The notes: generated by a model from the sequence alone, not told the origin. Counted from the first letter of the stretch, positions 36,501 to 49,848 are shown. The stretch: 64,000 nucleotides of DNA from Dendrobates tinctorius (GCF_039654945.1 NW_027361696.1:11904001-11968000), one strand, 5' to 3'. Program-made: numbers and translations.

Positions 36501-39500
36501 CTCTCCTCCTCTAAACCCAGCCTTCAACCTCTCCTCCTCTATCCTTTGCCTCCAGCCTATCCTTTTCTATCCCCAGCCTCTCCCCCTCTTTTTCTACATC
36601 TGGCCTCCAATCTCTCCTCATCTATCACCGGCCTCCAGCCTCTTCTCATCTATTCCTGGCCTCCAGTCTCTTCTCTATCCCCAGCTCCCAGCCTCTTCTC
36701 CTCCTCTATCCCCAGCCTCCAGCCTTTCCTCTATGCCCGGCCTTCAACCTCTCCTCTATCTCCGTCCACCCTCTCCTCCTCCTCTATCCCCGGCCTTCAG
36801 CCTCTCCTCCTCTATCCCTGGCCTCCAGCCTCCCTTCTTCCTCTAACCTCGGCCTTCTTCCAATCCTCTTCCTCTATCCCCAACCTCCAGCCTTTCCTCC
36901 TCTATCCCCTGCCTCCAGCCTCTCCTTTATCCCCGGCCTCCAGCCTCTCCTCCTCTATCCCCGGCCTCCAGCCTCTCCTCCTCTATCCCCGGCCTCCAGC
37001 CTCTCCTCCTCTATCCCCGGCCTTCAGCCTCTCCTCCTCTATCCCCGGCCTCCAGCCTCTCTTCTTCTATCCCTGGCCTCCAGCTTCTCCTCCTCTTGCT
37101 CCAGCCTCTCCTCTCTATCTTTGGTCTTGTCACGTACCCGCTTCTCAGCACGTAACTTGGGGTTGCGCCTGCAAGGGTTAATCTCTCTCCTCTCAGTCCA
37201 GCATTCAACCTCTGTCCTATGCTGCAATGGGAGCAAAAATCACACCCCGACGCAGACCACACACCCCGCGCATACACGCTGCCACCACTCACCGAACACA
37301 CGGGCGATGAGTCCCGGAAACACTACTACTGTCTACCAATCACCAGGATCACACACTTTAAGGATATGGATTCTTTAGAGCATACAAGGTTCCATCTTAT
37401 TAAAGTTTTAAGCTTTAATAGAAAAGATACAGTGCTTACAATAAAAAGATATAAAAAATATGGAAATAAAAAGTGACATACAAATATGCAAAACACTGGT
37501 GAAATAAAAGTGAAAAAAACTTACAGAAATGTCTAAACTTTGTAGTCTGGCATCCTTTTCCCTGAGGGGATGAATATGGAATAGCTCAGACCAGCTTGGC
37601 TGTCCCTCAGTCTGTGAACATCTTTCTTTGTGTAAAGGCCTAATTTATAGATTTAACCCGGAGATCAGATTTCTAGACCAGCCTCTCAGGTTAATATCGA
37701 ATTCCTGGTTTGTGATTAGACTAAGGTTACCTTGCCACTGAATACATTATTTTACTCGGAACACTGTATGCTTTTCCTTCTCATAGTAAATAGTGAAATC
37801 TGCAATGTGGCATCTTCCCATAAAAGACACTAGGAGGTGTGACATGTTTCCAATTCTGTGTGTGTTCTCAGGAAGGCCCCCTGGGTGGTCAGGGACCAGG
37901 AAAACTGTCTTCTCAGGATAACACAGGTTGTGACCTTTGTGAGATATGCAGCCTAGAACAGATGTTAATTACTGCTGGTCATACATCCATACATATACAT
38001 ATTTTACTACAAGCCTCTAGCCTTCTCCTCCTCTATCCCTGGCCTCCAGCCTCTCTTTCTCCTCTATCCTTGGCCTTCATCCAATCCTCCTCCACTATGC
38101 CCAGCCTTCAGCCTCTCTTCCTGCTCCTCTATCCCCGGCCCCCAGCCTCTCCTTATTTTCTATCCCCGGCCTCCAGCCTCTCCTCCTCTATCCCAGGCCT
38201 TCAGCCTCTCCTGCTCCTCTATCCCCAGCCTCCAGCCTTTTCTCCTTTATCCCCAGCCTCTCCTCCTCTATACCCGGCCTCCAGCCTCTCCCCCCCTTTA
38301 TCCCCGGCTTCCAGCCTTTCCTCCTCCTCTATACCCAGCCTCCAGCCTCTCCTCCTCCTTTATCCCCAACCAACAGCCTCTCCTCCTCTATCCCCGGCCT
38401 TCAGCCTCTCTTCCTGCTCCACTATCCCCGGCCTCCAATCTCTCTTCCACCTTTATCCTTTGCCTCCAGCCTCTCCTCCTCTATCCCTGGCCTTCAGCCT
38501 TTTCTCCTCCTCTAACCCCAATCACCAGCCTCTCCTCCTCTAACCCCGATCTCCAGCCTCTCCTCCTCCTCCTCTATCCCCTGCTTCCAGCCTCTATTCT
38601 TCCTGTAAACTCAACCTTCATCCTCTCCTCCGCCTCTATCCCCGGCCTTCAGCCTCTCTTCCTGCGCCTCTATCCCTGGCCTCCAGTCTCTTCTTCTCTA
38701 TCCCCGTACTCCAGCCTCTCCTCCTCCTCTATGCCTAGCTCCAGCCTTTCTTCCTCCTCCTTTACTCCCAGCCTCCTGCCTCTTCTCCTCTATACTCGGC
38801 TTCCAGCCTCTCCTCCTACTCCTCTATCCCTGGCCTCCAGCCTCTCCCCCTCCTTTATCCCCCGCCTCCAGTTTTTTCTCCTCTATCCCTTGCCTCCAGC
38901 CTCTCCTCCTGCTCCTCTATCCTGGCCTTCAGCCTCTCCTCCTCGTCTATCCCTGGCCTGCAGCTTCTCCTCTTCCTCTATTCCTGGCCTTCAGTCTCTC
39001 TATCTGCTCCTCTATCCCCGGCCTCCAGTCTCCTTCTCTATTCCGGCCTCCAGCCTCTCCTCCTCTATCCCCGGCCTCCAGCCTCTCCTCTTCTATCCCC
39101 GGCCTCCAGCCTCTCCTCTTCTATCCCCGGCCTCCAGCCTCTCCTCTTCTATCCCCGGCCTCCAGCCTCTCCTCTTTTATCCCCGGCCTCCAGCCTCTCC
39201 TCTTTTATCCCCGGCCTCCAGCCTCTCCTCTTTTATCCCCGGCCTCCAGTCTCTCCTCTTTTATCCCCGGCCTCCAGCCTCTCCTCTTCTATCCCCGGCC
39301 TCCAGCCTCTCCTCTTCTATCCCCGGCCTCCAGCATCTCCTATCCCCGGCCTCCAGCATCTCCTATCCCCGGCCTCCAGCCTCTCCTCTTCTATCCCCGG
39401 CCTCCAGCCTCTCCTCTTCTATCCCCGGCCTCCAGCCTCTCCTCTTCTATCCCCGGCCTCCAGCCTCTCCTCTTCTATCCCCGGCCTCCAGCCTCTCCTC

Positions 39501-39590
39501 TTCTATCCCCGCCCTCCAGCCTCTCCTCTTCTATCCCCGCCCTCCAGCCTCTCCGCCTCTATCCCCGGCCTCCAGCCTCTCCTCCATTTA
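33575..39590. repeat. Polypyrimidine ~29-bp minisatellite (cctctatccccggcctccagcctctcct), split by a solo LTR
   Basis: About 5 kb of C/T-rich tandem copies, most homogeneous at 39040-39590. Confidence 0.97.
37128..38011 (-). mobile_element. Solo LTR
   Basis: TGT...ACA termini; unique 884-bp insert within the CT array; degenerate 5-bp flanks ggtct/agcct. Confidence 0.65.
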
Positions 39591-39907
39591 CCAAATGGCT
39601 GCAATGAAACAAAGAGTGAAAAATTTAAAGGGGTCTGAAAACTTTCAGTACTCACTGTATGGGCCCCTGTCAGGTATATATTAGTGATGACATCAGAATG
39701 TATGGGCCCTTGTCAGGTATATATTAGTGATGACATCAGAATGTATGGGCTCCTGGTAGGCATATATCAGTGATGACATTGGAATGGAATATATATAGAG
39801 AGAAAGTAAAAAAAAACTCTGCATCACCATTAAAAAATAGAAATAAAAACATTATCCAAAGCATTAAAATAAAAAAAAAAAATAATGACCGCAGGTAACA
39901 GCTCTAT

Positions 39908-40103
39908 GGCCGGTGTCACACTTGCGAGTGTGATGCGCGAGTCTCTTGCATCAATACCCGGCACTGCCGCTGGCGGTTCGGACCGGAGTGTGCGGCTGCA
40001 TAGAAATACATGTAGCCGCACACTCCGTTCCCGAGTGCCGGCTGCAGTGCCGGGTATTGATGCGTGAGTTTCTCACATCACACTCGCAAGTGTGACCCCG
40101 ACC
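39908..40103. mobile_element. Harbinger-type palindromic MITE
   Basis: tat|ggccggtgtcacacttgcgagtgtgatg...catcacactcgcaagtgtgaccccgacc|tat. Confidence 0.88.
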
Positions 40104-40359
40104 TATCAGTGATCCACAGCCCACACTGAAAAAAAGATTGCAAGGTTTCTTAAGTAAGCTGTATTGCAAGTTGTGAGCTTAGAAGCAGATGATATAGGTA
40201 CACAGAGATACAGTGTTATGTACAATTGTCTCTATGTTCCTGCATTGTACAGTTCAAGAAAATATTAGATTTTTTCATGTAAAATAAATACAACTGAAAA
40301 AAAAATATGACAACTTTTTTTACCTCTTCATTCCCCCCAGCATTTTTTCACTTTAATGA

Positions 40360-40919
40360 TCAGAACACTCCTGGGAAGGTTCACCACTGTTCCATGTTTT
40401 TTCCATTTGTGGATAATGGATCTCACTGTGGTTTGCTGGAGTCCTAAAGCTCTAGAAATGGCTTTATAACCTTTTCCAGACTGATAGATCTCAATTACTT
40501 TGCTTCTCATTTGTTCATGAATTTCTTCCAATCGCAGCATGTTGTCTACCTTTTGAGGATCGCTTTGTCTATTTCACTTTGTCAGTCAGGTCCTATTTAA
40601 GTGATTTTTCGATTGAAAACAGGAGTGGCAGTAATCAGGCCTGTTTGTGGCTAGGAAAACTAAACTCCGCTTTTTAAAGATGTGACTGACAAACCACAGT
40701 TAAAACAAAGTAGGGGGCAATCACTTTCACGCAGGGCCCTGTATTTTTTTCCCATTAATAATAAAGACCATTTAAAAAATGAGTTTTGTGATTACTTGTG
40801 TTGTCTTTGTCAAATAATTTAATTTGTTTGTTGCTCTGAAATATTTACGTGTGACAAACATGCAAAAGAGTAAAAAATCAGGAGGGGGTGGGGGGGCAAA
40901 AACTTTTTCACATCACTTT
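40360..40919 (-). mobile_element. Tc1 transposon 5' fragment with transposase N-terminal HTH
   Basis: ORF MRSKVIEIYQSGKGYKAISRALGLQQTTVRSIIHKWKKHGTVVNLPRS; TIR-like gtgatgtgaaaaagtttttgcccc. Confidence 0.9.
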
Positions 40920-41054
40920 ACAGTACAGGGCCACACAGATCTTTCTATAAAAGTATGTACCCACCACATCTCCTATACATACAGTATTGATTCCCCACAA
41001 GTAGTGACTTAAAATACAATGATCAAGTTTCTGCTCTGCTTTGTGGCGTTTTGT

Positions 41055-41820
41055 CTGAGGTATGGCAAGCACAATCTAGCAACGTCCTCACGTGTGGTCT
41101 GAGGCACAATCTAGCAACGTCCTCACGTGTGGTCTGAGGCACAATCTAGCAACGTCCTCACGTGTGGTCTGAGGCAATCTAGCAACATCCTCACGTGTGG
41201 TCTGAGGCACAATATAGTAACATCCTCATGTGTGGTCTGAGGCACAATCTAGTAACATCCTCATGTGTGGTCTGAGGCACAATCTAGTAACATCCTTATG
41301 TGTGGTCTGAGGCACAATATAGTAACGTCCTCGTGTGGTCTGAGGCATAATCTAGTAACATCCTCACATGCAGTCTGAGGCACGGCAGGCACAATTTAGT
41401 AATGTTCTCACGTGTGGTCTGAGGCAGAGCAGGCGCAATCTAGCAATGTCCTCACGTGTGGTCTGAGGCAAGGCCGGCACAATCTAGCAACATCCTCACG
41501 TGTGGTCTGAGGCATAATCTAGTAACATCCTCACGTGTGGTCTGAGGCATAATCTAGTAACATCCTCACATGCAGTCTGAGGCAGGGCAGGCACAATTTA
41601 GTAATGTCCTCACGTGTGGTCTGAGGCAGGGCAGGCAGAATTTAGTAATGTCCTCACGTGTGGTCTGAGGCAGGGCAGGCACAATCTAGTAATGTCCTCA
41701 CGTGTGGTCTGAGGCAGGGCAGGCACAATCTAGTAATGTCCTCATGCGTGGTCTGAGGTACAATCTAGTAACATCCTCATGTGTGGTGGTGTGAGGCAAA
41801 ATCTAGTATCGTCCTCACAT
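41055..41820. repeat. 35-45-bp minisatellite (tctgaggcacaatctagcaacgtcctcacgtgtgg)
   Basis: About 19 copies; many carry CACGTG. Confidence 0.95.
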
Positions 41821-41831
41821 TTTCAGCTTCC

Positions 41832-42466
41832 TGTCATGATCCCAGTGCAGGTTTTTGACCTGCACGTCAGGAGTTAATGTCTTGAGCTCAGTGCAGGCTT
41901 TGACCTGCACGCCTGGGGTTAATTATTATAGCCTCTCTTTGGTTCAGAGAGAGCTTTTTATAGCCCTGAGAAACTCCAATCCCTGTCAGTTATACTTTTG
42001 CCTTTGGCCGAGTGTTTTGACCCCTGTGTGCCTGTTCGTTGTCTTATAGCTTGCTTATATGGTTCTGATCCGGTTCTGTCCCCCGTTGTGAGTTTGCCTG
42101 TTGATTCTGTACTGTATATCTGCTTCTCTGGTTTCTGACTTCTTGGCTACGTCTTGACTATCCGTTCTGTCTAGCCCTTTGGTAATTGTCGTGCTATCTC
42201 GTGCTTTGACCCCGGCCTGATCTTATGTCCCTGTTAATGCCAATTAGTAACTTTGTTTCATAGTTACCATTCTAGGAGTTTTCATGCAGCTCCTAGCTCT
42301 CTGGAGTTTAGGCCATGCCCCCAGCAGACACGTGCTTCAGGTCCTGTGGGTCTGAAGCACGCATCTACTCTGCTGCTGCCCGCTCCACAGGTATCTCTGA
42401 GCACAGTTTCTTACTCAGGACACGCGCACTGGCTCAGTGAGCAAGTGCAGTGCGGTGTTCCTGACA
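41832..42466 (+). mobile_element. Solo LTR (Gypsy-like)
   Basis: CTTCC|TGTCATGATC...CCTGACA|CTTCC, a perfect 5-bp TSD. Confidence 0.9.
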
Positions 42467-43494
42467 CTTCCAATCTCGAATACATTAGCTGAATAGTGAA
42501 GGAGGGAGCAATCATGTCTGTCTTACATCATCGAATTCAACAGTAAATACTATTAAAGTCTCAGTGCCACCATACCAGCTGTGAGGCATGGCGTCTGAAG
42601 GAGAGGACAGGACCCCTCCGGAGGATTCTCCATTCCAAGAAGGCTATGGATTCTAGAAGTGCATCGCAATTAGAACACTGCAGCGCTTCACAGTTAAACT
42701 TATGATGAAGCAAGACAGACCATCTCCAGTTAAGCCATCAAAAATATTTAAATTACAAGTTTTTCCCCATCCGAAAAAATGCTAATTTTAATCTAGTTAC
42801 ATAGGCTTCTTAAAGGGAACCTGTCACCAGGTTTTACCCATACATAGTACCACCAATATGCCCTTATACACACCATTTTAGAGTGCAGTACTTCTGTCCC
42901 CAAGCCAATGTGCACAATGTATACTCACCTCCGGGGCGGTCCGGTGTAATGGATGTCGCTGGTCATCCGGCACAGTCATCCTTCCGGTGGATGATGCCTC
43001 CTACATCATCCACACAACCTCCCCATTAGGCTTCTGTGCAGGAACACTTCTCTGCCTTGCCGAGCACAAAAAAAAAAGTACTGTAAAGTGCAGAAAGCAG
43101 TGTGCCTGCACCGAAACACGATAGAAGACAATGTGTGGATGACGTAGGACGCTTCATTGACTCAGAGAAAGAAGGAGGGTGATAGAAGAGGAGGAGGCAC
43201 CGGATTAAGACTAGCGGAGCCCATTGAATGGGTCCGCCCTGTAGGTAAGTCTAACATGTTTGGTTTTTTTAACGTTACGCAAATTGGCATTGTAGAATGT
43301 TGCATATATAAGGGTATAAAGGTAGTGGTCGTGGTATATAAAATGCTGTATATGCGGCATACAGGTAGTAGTCATTCTATATATTCCGCATTCTAAAATT
43401 CTGTATACAGTGGAAAGCAGGTAGTGGTCATACTATTTATACAGCTTTCTAGAATACTGTATATAATGGCATACAGGTAGTGGTTGTAGTTTAT

Positions 43495-44792
43495 CTGTTT
43501 TGACACCAATCTCTCCTTCACATCCCATATACAATCTCTTGCCTGCTCTTGCCGCTTACACCTAAAGAACATCTCTTCTCACCTTTTCTCACCATGGAAA
43601 CAACAAAAAACCCTCACTGTAGCATTGATCCACTCCCGCCTGGATTACTGCAACGTTCTATTAATTGGCCTCCCCATCACTCGACTATCCCCTCTCCAGT
43701 CCATACTTAATACAGCAGCCAGGGTCGTCCATCTGGCTAATCGGTACTCGGACGTGTCCGCTCTTCGTCAGTCATTACACTGGCTGCCCATTCATTATAG
43801 GATCCAATTCAAAGTACTTGTTTTCACCAACAAAGCTCTCCACAGTGCGGCACCCCCTACATCTCCCTCATTTCTGTCTATCGGCCTAGCTGATCGCTGC
43901 GCTCTGCAAACGACTTTCGACTAACCTCTGCACTAATCCGTACCTCCCACTCCCGACTCCAAGACTTCTCCCGTGCTGCTCCTATCCTCTGGAATGCTCT
44001 ACCCCAAGAAATTAGGACTAACCACAATTTGCATAGTTTTAGGCGCTCCCTCAAAATACATTTGTTCAGAGCGGCCTATCACGTTCACTAATCAAAGTCA
44101 TTCTATGTGTCAAGCCCCCCGTTACACACTGCGATATCGCTAGCAATATCGCTGTAAAGTCACCGATTTTGTGACGTTGCAGCGATATTGCTAGCGATAT
44201 CGCTATGTCTGATACTTACCTCCGACCGGCTCCCCCGCTGGTTATCGCTGATCACGCGAGAAGCTCCTGGACCATTCCTCGTCGGTCACTTCCTGCTGCG
44301 CTTCCTGCGGCGCCGACGAGCGACGCGTGGAGCCGGGCAGGAGGACGCAGGATCGCCGCGTCTGACAGGTAAGTAGCGATCCCAAGTCCCCTGCGATGTC
44401 GCTGGTGAGATCTGCCTGTGTGGCAGCTCACTAGCGACCACCTAGCGATGCACCAGCGATCCTGACCGCGTCATATCGCTGGTCGGGATCGCTGGTGCAT
44501 CGCTAGGTGTAACGGTACCCTCAGTGTGCATGTGTAGCTCATTCACTATCTCCATCCATCCTTCACTCCCTCAAGATGGCTGGACCATCATTGTAAATAT
44601 ACAATTGTAAATACACACCTGTACTTTGTCTCCCTCACCTCATTGTAGATTGTAAGCTCTCACGAGCAGGGTCGTCTTATTTTGTTTTAATTATTGTATT
44701 GTTAATGTTGATACTTATGACTTGTGTTTTAAAACTGTTGAACTGTAAAGCGCTGCGGAATATGTTGGCGCTATATAAATAAAGATTATTAT
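43495..44792 (+). mobile_element. L2 LINE 3' fragment
   Basis: IHSRLDYCNVLLIGLP...LQSILNTAAR...LHWLPIHYRIQFK; tail tgtaaagcgctgcggaatatgttggcgctatataaataaagattattat. Confidence 0.92.
44113..44520. mobile_element. Harbinger-type MITE inside the L2
   Basis: tca|..ccgttacac...gtgtaacggtaccc|tca; atcgct/agcgat-rich palindrome. Confidence 0.75.
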
Positions 44793-44834
44793 CTGGGTGG
44801 GGTGGGAGGCAGATACATAATGAATGAATACCCT

Positions 44835-45203
44835 GTAGTAAATAAACAGCAATAGTGCATGAAAATATAGGATACTTAGTTAACATGTTTTTTGATAAAA
44901 AAAAAAAATACAAAAGCCATCCCATAATTTCATAGTGACCCTAATTGGGACAGTCCTAACTAATATTAAAAACCTTTATATATTGATGTGGTTTCCCATG
45001 GCTGTATGTCCACTAATTGGGTCCAATCCTTCTCAGCCCTTATCCACATGCATGTCACGTGACAAAACGGTAAGGTTTTTAATATTAGAGTTAGGACTGT
45101 CCCAATTATGGTCACCGTGAAGTGGTGCGATGGCTTTTTTTTTTTTATAAAAAGCATGTTAACTAAATAATCTTTATTATTTTCATGCTATTTATTTACT
45201 GCA
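44835..45203. repeat. Long imperfect inverted repeat, possibly Penelope-like
   Basis: gtgaccctaattgggacagtcctaactaatattaaaaacctt mirrored by aaggtttttaatattagagttaggactgtcccaattatggtcac; related motif at about 52580-52630. Confidence 0.6.
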
Positions 45204-47503
45204 AGTTATGCAATCATGTTTGCTTTTTTCTGTTCAGTGGCCAGTGTGAACGTGAACCTACACGCCGCATGCACACCAGTTTATTTGTCTTTTATGGGGA
45301 AAACCTGGTGACAGGATCCCTTTAAGCAGGTTGTACAAGTGTACCTTATTGTTTCAAAAGTGGTTTACCTGTCCACACCTGATATTATAGTACCTTTCAT
45401 GTGTTACACAGATACATCATGGGCTTTTCCTCCCATATGCATGAAATGAAAGGCTAAAATACAACATGGAGACACAATCAGAGCAATGTTTCATTTACAT
45501 TCAGAACTGGTTTAAGAGGAACAAATTACCATTTCACATAAAAATCTCAGACTTTTACTTTTAATATTGGATAAATAACATTTTAACATTATATATAGAA
45601 ACATTTTGGATTTTATAAAAGTGCATTTTTTTGCATTGAAAACTTTATGGCTTTGCTTGTTTCATTTTATGAATTTTTTATGTATTGTAAAACTGTAATA
45701 TGCTGTTGGTGCATGTGGGCAAGACTGTTGGTAGGGTCTTTGTCTATGCCCCTCTGGGTCTACCTCCGGTGTCTGAGGTTTCGGTGTCCCGGACCAGAGA
45801 TCATGATACCTTCCTTGAATAGTGAAGGAGACAGCAGCCGACCCTGAGAGACATCAAAGGTGGGAATGCCTCTTCACGCTGAAGAGAGTCTGCTAGATCC
45901 AGGCCTAGCAGACCAGCGCTGGTGGGTTCATGGACGCCAGGAAGGGGCTGGCCTGAAGGAAGGTTTCTTTTTTTTTCCTGGCGGGTCAGAGAGTTGTCCT
46001 GTCAGTTGCTTTTTTGGACTGAACATTTCCAAAACAACCAAAATTGGACTGTGCACCTCTTGGGAAGCTGGAGTTTAGTCCTCTGTTGCAGAAGTTAAGT
46101 ACTTTTGCCTTGATAGGCGGAGGGCAGTAAGTACTAGAAAGTCATTGTGCATGATTGTTCAGGGTGCTGACGAAGGCTTAGACCGGAGCCTGGATTTTCT
46201 TTTTTTCTTTTTTAAGAGTAGGGTCGCAGGAGCCTCTGGAAAACGTGGAGGCCTCATGAATAGGAAGGTTTCCCCAGGAGATGTCCATACTGCTCAGGGG
46301 AAAACTAGGATATATTTGTCCTGTCTCTTCCTAATGGAGCTCCCTCACTGCCTGGTAGGATATACCTGTCCTGAAGATCCTGAATCCTTCTTCGCAGACT
46401 GGTGACGAAGATAGTCATGGAATAACCTAGACGCAGACTTTCGGGTGAGTGGCAGGTAACGGATTCGTCTTCCCTCCCTACTCTGGCTCTGGGGGGCGAG
46501 AGGGTAGGGGGATTTGTGGCAAAGACCGTCCGCTGGGGAACCCCAAACACTCTTGATGTGTTAGGGCTCTGCCTTGTAGACCACAGATGATATGGTAGTG
46601 ACAATTCTAAGTGGGAGATCAGAGTGAGATTTCCACTCTGCCGCCCTCAAAAGCCATATCTGAAAAAAAAAAAAAAAAAAAAAGGGATATCATTAATAAA
46701 AAAAAACAAAACCTAAGGCAGAAACCTGCCTGGGTGGTCCGGACCCGTGTCTGCCTCCTATTGACACAAATCTAAATGGATTCGCTTCATGCCAGTTGGT
46801 GGTGTATCCTCCTCTATAGGGAAAGAACTACATTTTTTTTTGCATAGCATAAGCAGCATACACCCATGTTTTTTTGTGTGCCCCAATGAAGCATTAACCC
46901 CCCCACACACACCAGAGGGCCACACAGCATAACCCCCCCACCAGAGGGCCACACAACATAAACCCCCACACACAACCAACCAGAGGGCAACACAGCATAT
47001 CCCCCCACACACACACCAGAGGGCCACACGGCGTGACCCCCCCCTCCCCCAATCATAAACCTCCACCTCACACTAATCAGTGGACCCCACAGGATAAATC
47101 CAACAAAGCCCACCAGACACCTCCCTAAGCGAAAATCCCAATCATACGCCCCCTCCCCCAAGCGTGAATCACATCAGACGCCCCTCTGCCCTCAAGCATA
47201 AACCCTTCATCGGACGCCACCCCAGCTTAAACCCCCATTTGACATTGGACAACCCCCCCACAGCATCAGTCCCAGAGGACTTCCCCCTCAAGCATAAACC
47301 CATATCCCACAACGGATGTCCACCCCTCCAAGCATTGCTCCCATGGGAAGCCACCCACCCCCTCAACCAAGAATAAACCCTCATCGGACATGTACCCCCG
47401 CAAGCATAAACTCTCACCAGACGGCACCTCCCCTAAGCATAAAAACAATCCCCCCTTCAAGTCACAAGAGATGCAGACAGGCCCTCCCCGAATATAAGCC
47501 CCC

Positions 47504-48662
47504 TGTCACGGTCACGTGTGTCTGGACGCAGCGAGTACCGCAAGGCGAACCCATAAGACACCCGTGACCCTGGATACAGCGTCTCCAGTGGGGCGAATTT
47601 AAATAATAAAACGTGCAGCTGGATACGCCGCCTCCAACTGGCGAATTTAGATATTACATGTATATATAAAGTAGTCTAGAAACCCGCCTCCAGTAAGGCG
47701 AATTTAAATAATAAAGGGGAACCTGGGTAACATTAACAATGGTGGGCCCTGCAATAGGGAATAGGGAAGTGGAGACCTCCTGTACTCCCCTAAGCCAGTG
47801 TCCCTGCACTCCTAACGTTCCCTATGCCGGTTCCGCACCGGGCGACGCACAGGAACCTTTTAACCCTAGCTCGCCCTGACCTAAACCCTCACTAGGGAAT
47901 TGGTCGGTGCGGAAACTAATCCCACCACTGCACTAAACACACACAAGGAAAGATGACAATACAGGGGAAACACCACTTAGCTTTGCTCTGTGGCGTACGC
48001 TCCTAGCAACAGAGCCCACCACCTGTGTGCATCTTCTCCTCCACCCGGATTCATCACCATAACTGGATCCTTCACCATAGTGCAGCCTTGGAGCAGAGTC
48101 CACCACCAATTGCAGCAGTCCAATAACAGAGTCCCAATGATGAGTTCAGCTTCTGCCCAAAAAGTCAAGCATGCTTGAGTCCAGCTCTTAGCAACCAAGT
48201 CCCGCATGCTGAGTGCAACTCTCTCCATAGTCGCCACTCCACCAAGCCATGCAAGCACTTCCTGCCGACACCATAAACTGTGACTCCGCCATGCCAGCCC
48301 TTCCTGCAGACCACATAGCTGCCACTCATCCCCTCTGGCTGGGCTGTGCAGGACTCATATTCAGCTCCTTCATCACCCAGGCTTGCTTCCCAAATGACGA
48401 ACACACAACATCACCAACAATCATCAAACCCACCTGAACTCTTTTATAGAGCCTCACACCTGATTTATAATTACGTGCACTAAACCAAAGAAACTAAAGT
48501 GAACTACCACTCACCACCACCGGGGCAACTTAGAATGAACGACACCACGTGTAATAATTCTAATGGCCACCGGGGGCAATCACATCACTTTGGCACCTAG
48601 CCAAAGGAAAAAAAAAGTTCACTTATCCATTTAGTCTGTCAGATCCACGCTGGATCATGACA
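47504..48662 (-). mobile_element. Solo LTR (Gypsy-like)
   Basis: TGTCA...TGACA termini; minus strand starts tgtcatgatc like the 41832 LTR; cccc flanks on both sides. Confidence 0.75.
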
Positions 48663-48689
48663 CCCCTCTCCCAAGCATCAAGTCCCCAA

Positions 48690-49848
48690 GCCATTCAGAC
48701 ACCAGAATTGTGCATTAACCCCCCCGGAGCCCAACCAGACCCCACAAGTGTGCAACTAGACGCACAAGCGTGCATTAATCCCCCCCTCCGGGAGCGCAAC
48801 CAGACCACACAAGTGTGCATTAATCTCCCCCCCTCTGGGAGCCCAACCAGACCCAAGCGTACATTAATCCCCCACTCCAGAAGCGCAACCAGACCCCACA
48901 AGCGTACATTCATCCTCCCCCTCCGGAAGCCCAACCAGACCCAAAAAGCGTGCATTAATCCTCCCCCTCCGGAAGCCCAACCAGACCCCAAAAGCGTGCA
49001 TTAATCCTCCCCCTCCGGAAGCCCAACCAGACCCCAAAAGCGTGCATTAATCCTCCCCCTCCGGAAGCCCAACCAGACCCAAAAAGCGTGCATTAATCCT
49101 CCCCCTCCAGAAGCCCAACCAGACCCCAAAAGCGTGCATTAATCCTCCCCCTCCGGAAGCCCAACCAGTCCCCAAAAGCGTGCATTAATCCTCCCCCTCC
49201 GGAAGCCCAACCAGACCCCAAAAGCGTGCATTAATCCTCCCCCTCCGGAAGCCCAACCAGTCCCAAAAAGCGTGCATTAATCCTCCCCCTCCGGAAGCCC
49301 AACCAGTCCCAAAAAGCGTGCATTAATCCTCCCCCTCCGGAAGCCCAACCAGACCCAAAAAGCGTGCATTAATCCTCCCCCTCCGGAAGCCCAACCAGAC
49401 CCAAAAAGCGTGCATTAATCCTCCCCCTCCGGAAGCCCAACCAGACCCCAAAAGCGTGCATTAATCCTCCCCCTCCGGAAGCCCAACCAGACCCCAAAAG
49501 CGTGCATTAAACCCCCCCATGGAAGCCCTACCAGACCCAAGCGTACATTAATCGCCCCCTATGGAAGCCCAACCAGACCCAAGCGTACATTAATCCCCCC
49601 TACGGAAGACAAACCAGACCCAAGTGTACATTAATCCCCCCTACGGAAGACAAACCAGACCCAAGTGTACATTAATCCCCCCCTACGGAAGCCCAACCAG
49701 ACCCAAGTGTACATTAATCCCCCCCTACGGAAGCCCAACCAGACCCAAGTGTACATTAATCCCCCTTACGGAGGTCCAACCAGACCCCAAAAGCGTGCAT
49801 TAATCCCTCCTTCCGGGAGCCCAACCAGACCCCACAAGCGTGCATTAA
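48690..49848. repeat. 46-bp minisatellite (tgcattaatcctccccctccggaagcccaaccagaccccaaaagcg)
   Basis: About 25 copies; resumes at about 52374-52440 and 53170-53240 after TE insertions. Confidence 0.95.

Larger units (their letters stand above)
42814..45321. mobile_element. T2/Kolobok-type element with nested L2, MITE and inverted repeat
   Basis: TTAA|agggaacctgtcaccaggtttt...aaaacctggtgacaggatccct|TTAA, about 29-bp TIRs. Confidence 0.8.

Noticed and set aside
34122-39684. Long Ser/Pro/Leu ORFs (595, 403, 317 aa)
   Set aside because: Artefacts of the polypyrimidine minisatellite; frames shift freely
46663-46683. A21 run as the poly(A) tail of a + strand retrocopy
   Set aside because: No upstream AATAAA, TSD or recognisable ORF on +; fits better as a minus-strand polypyrimidine tract
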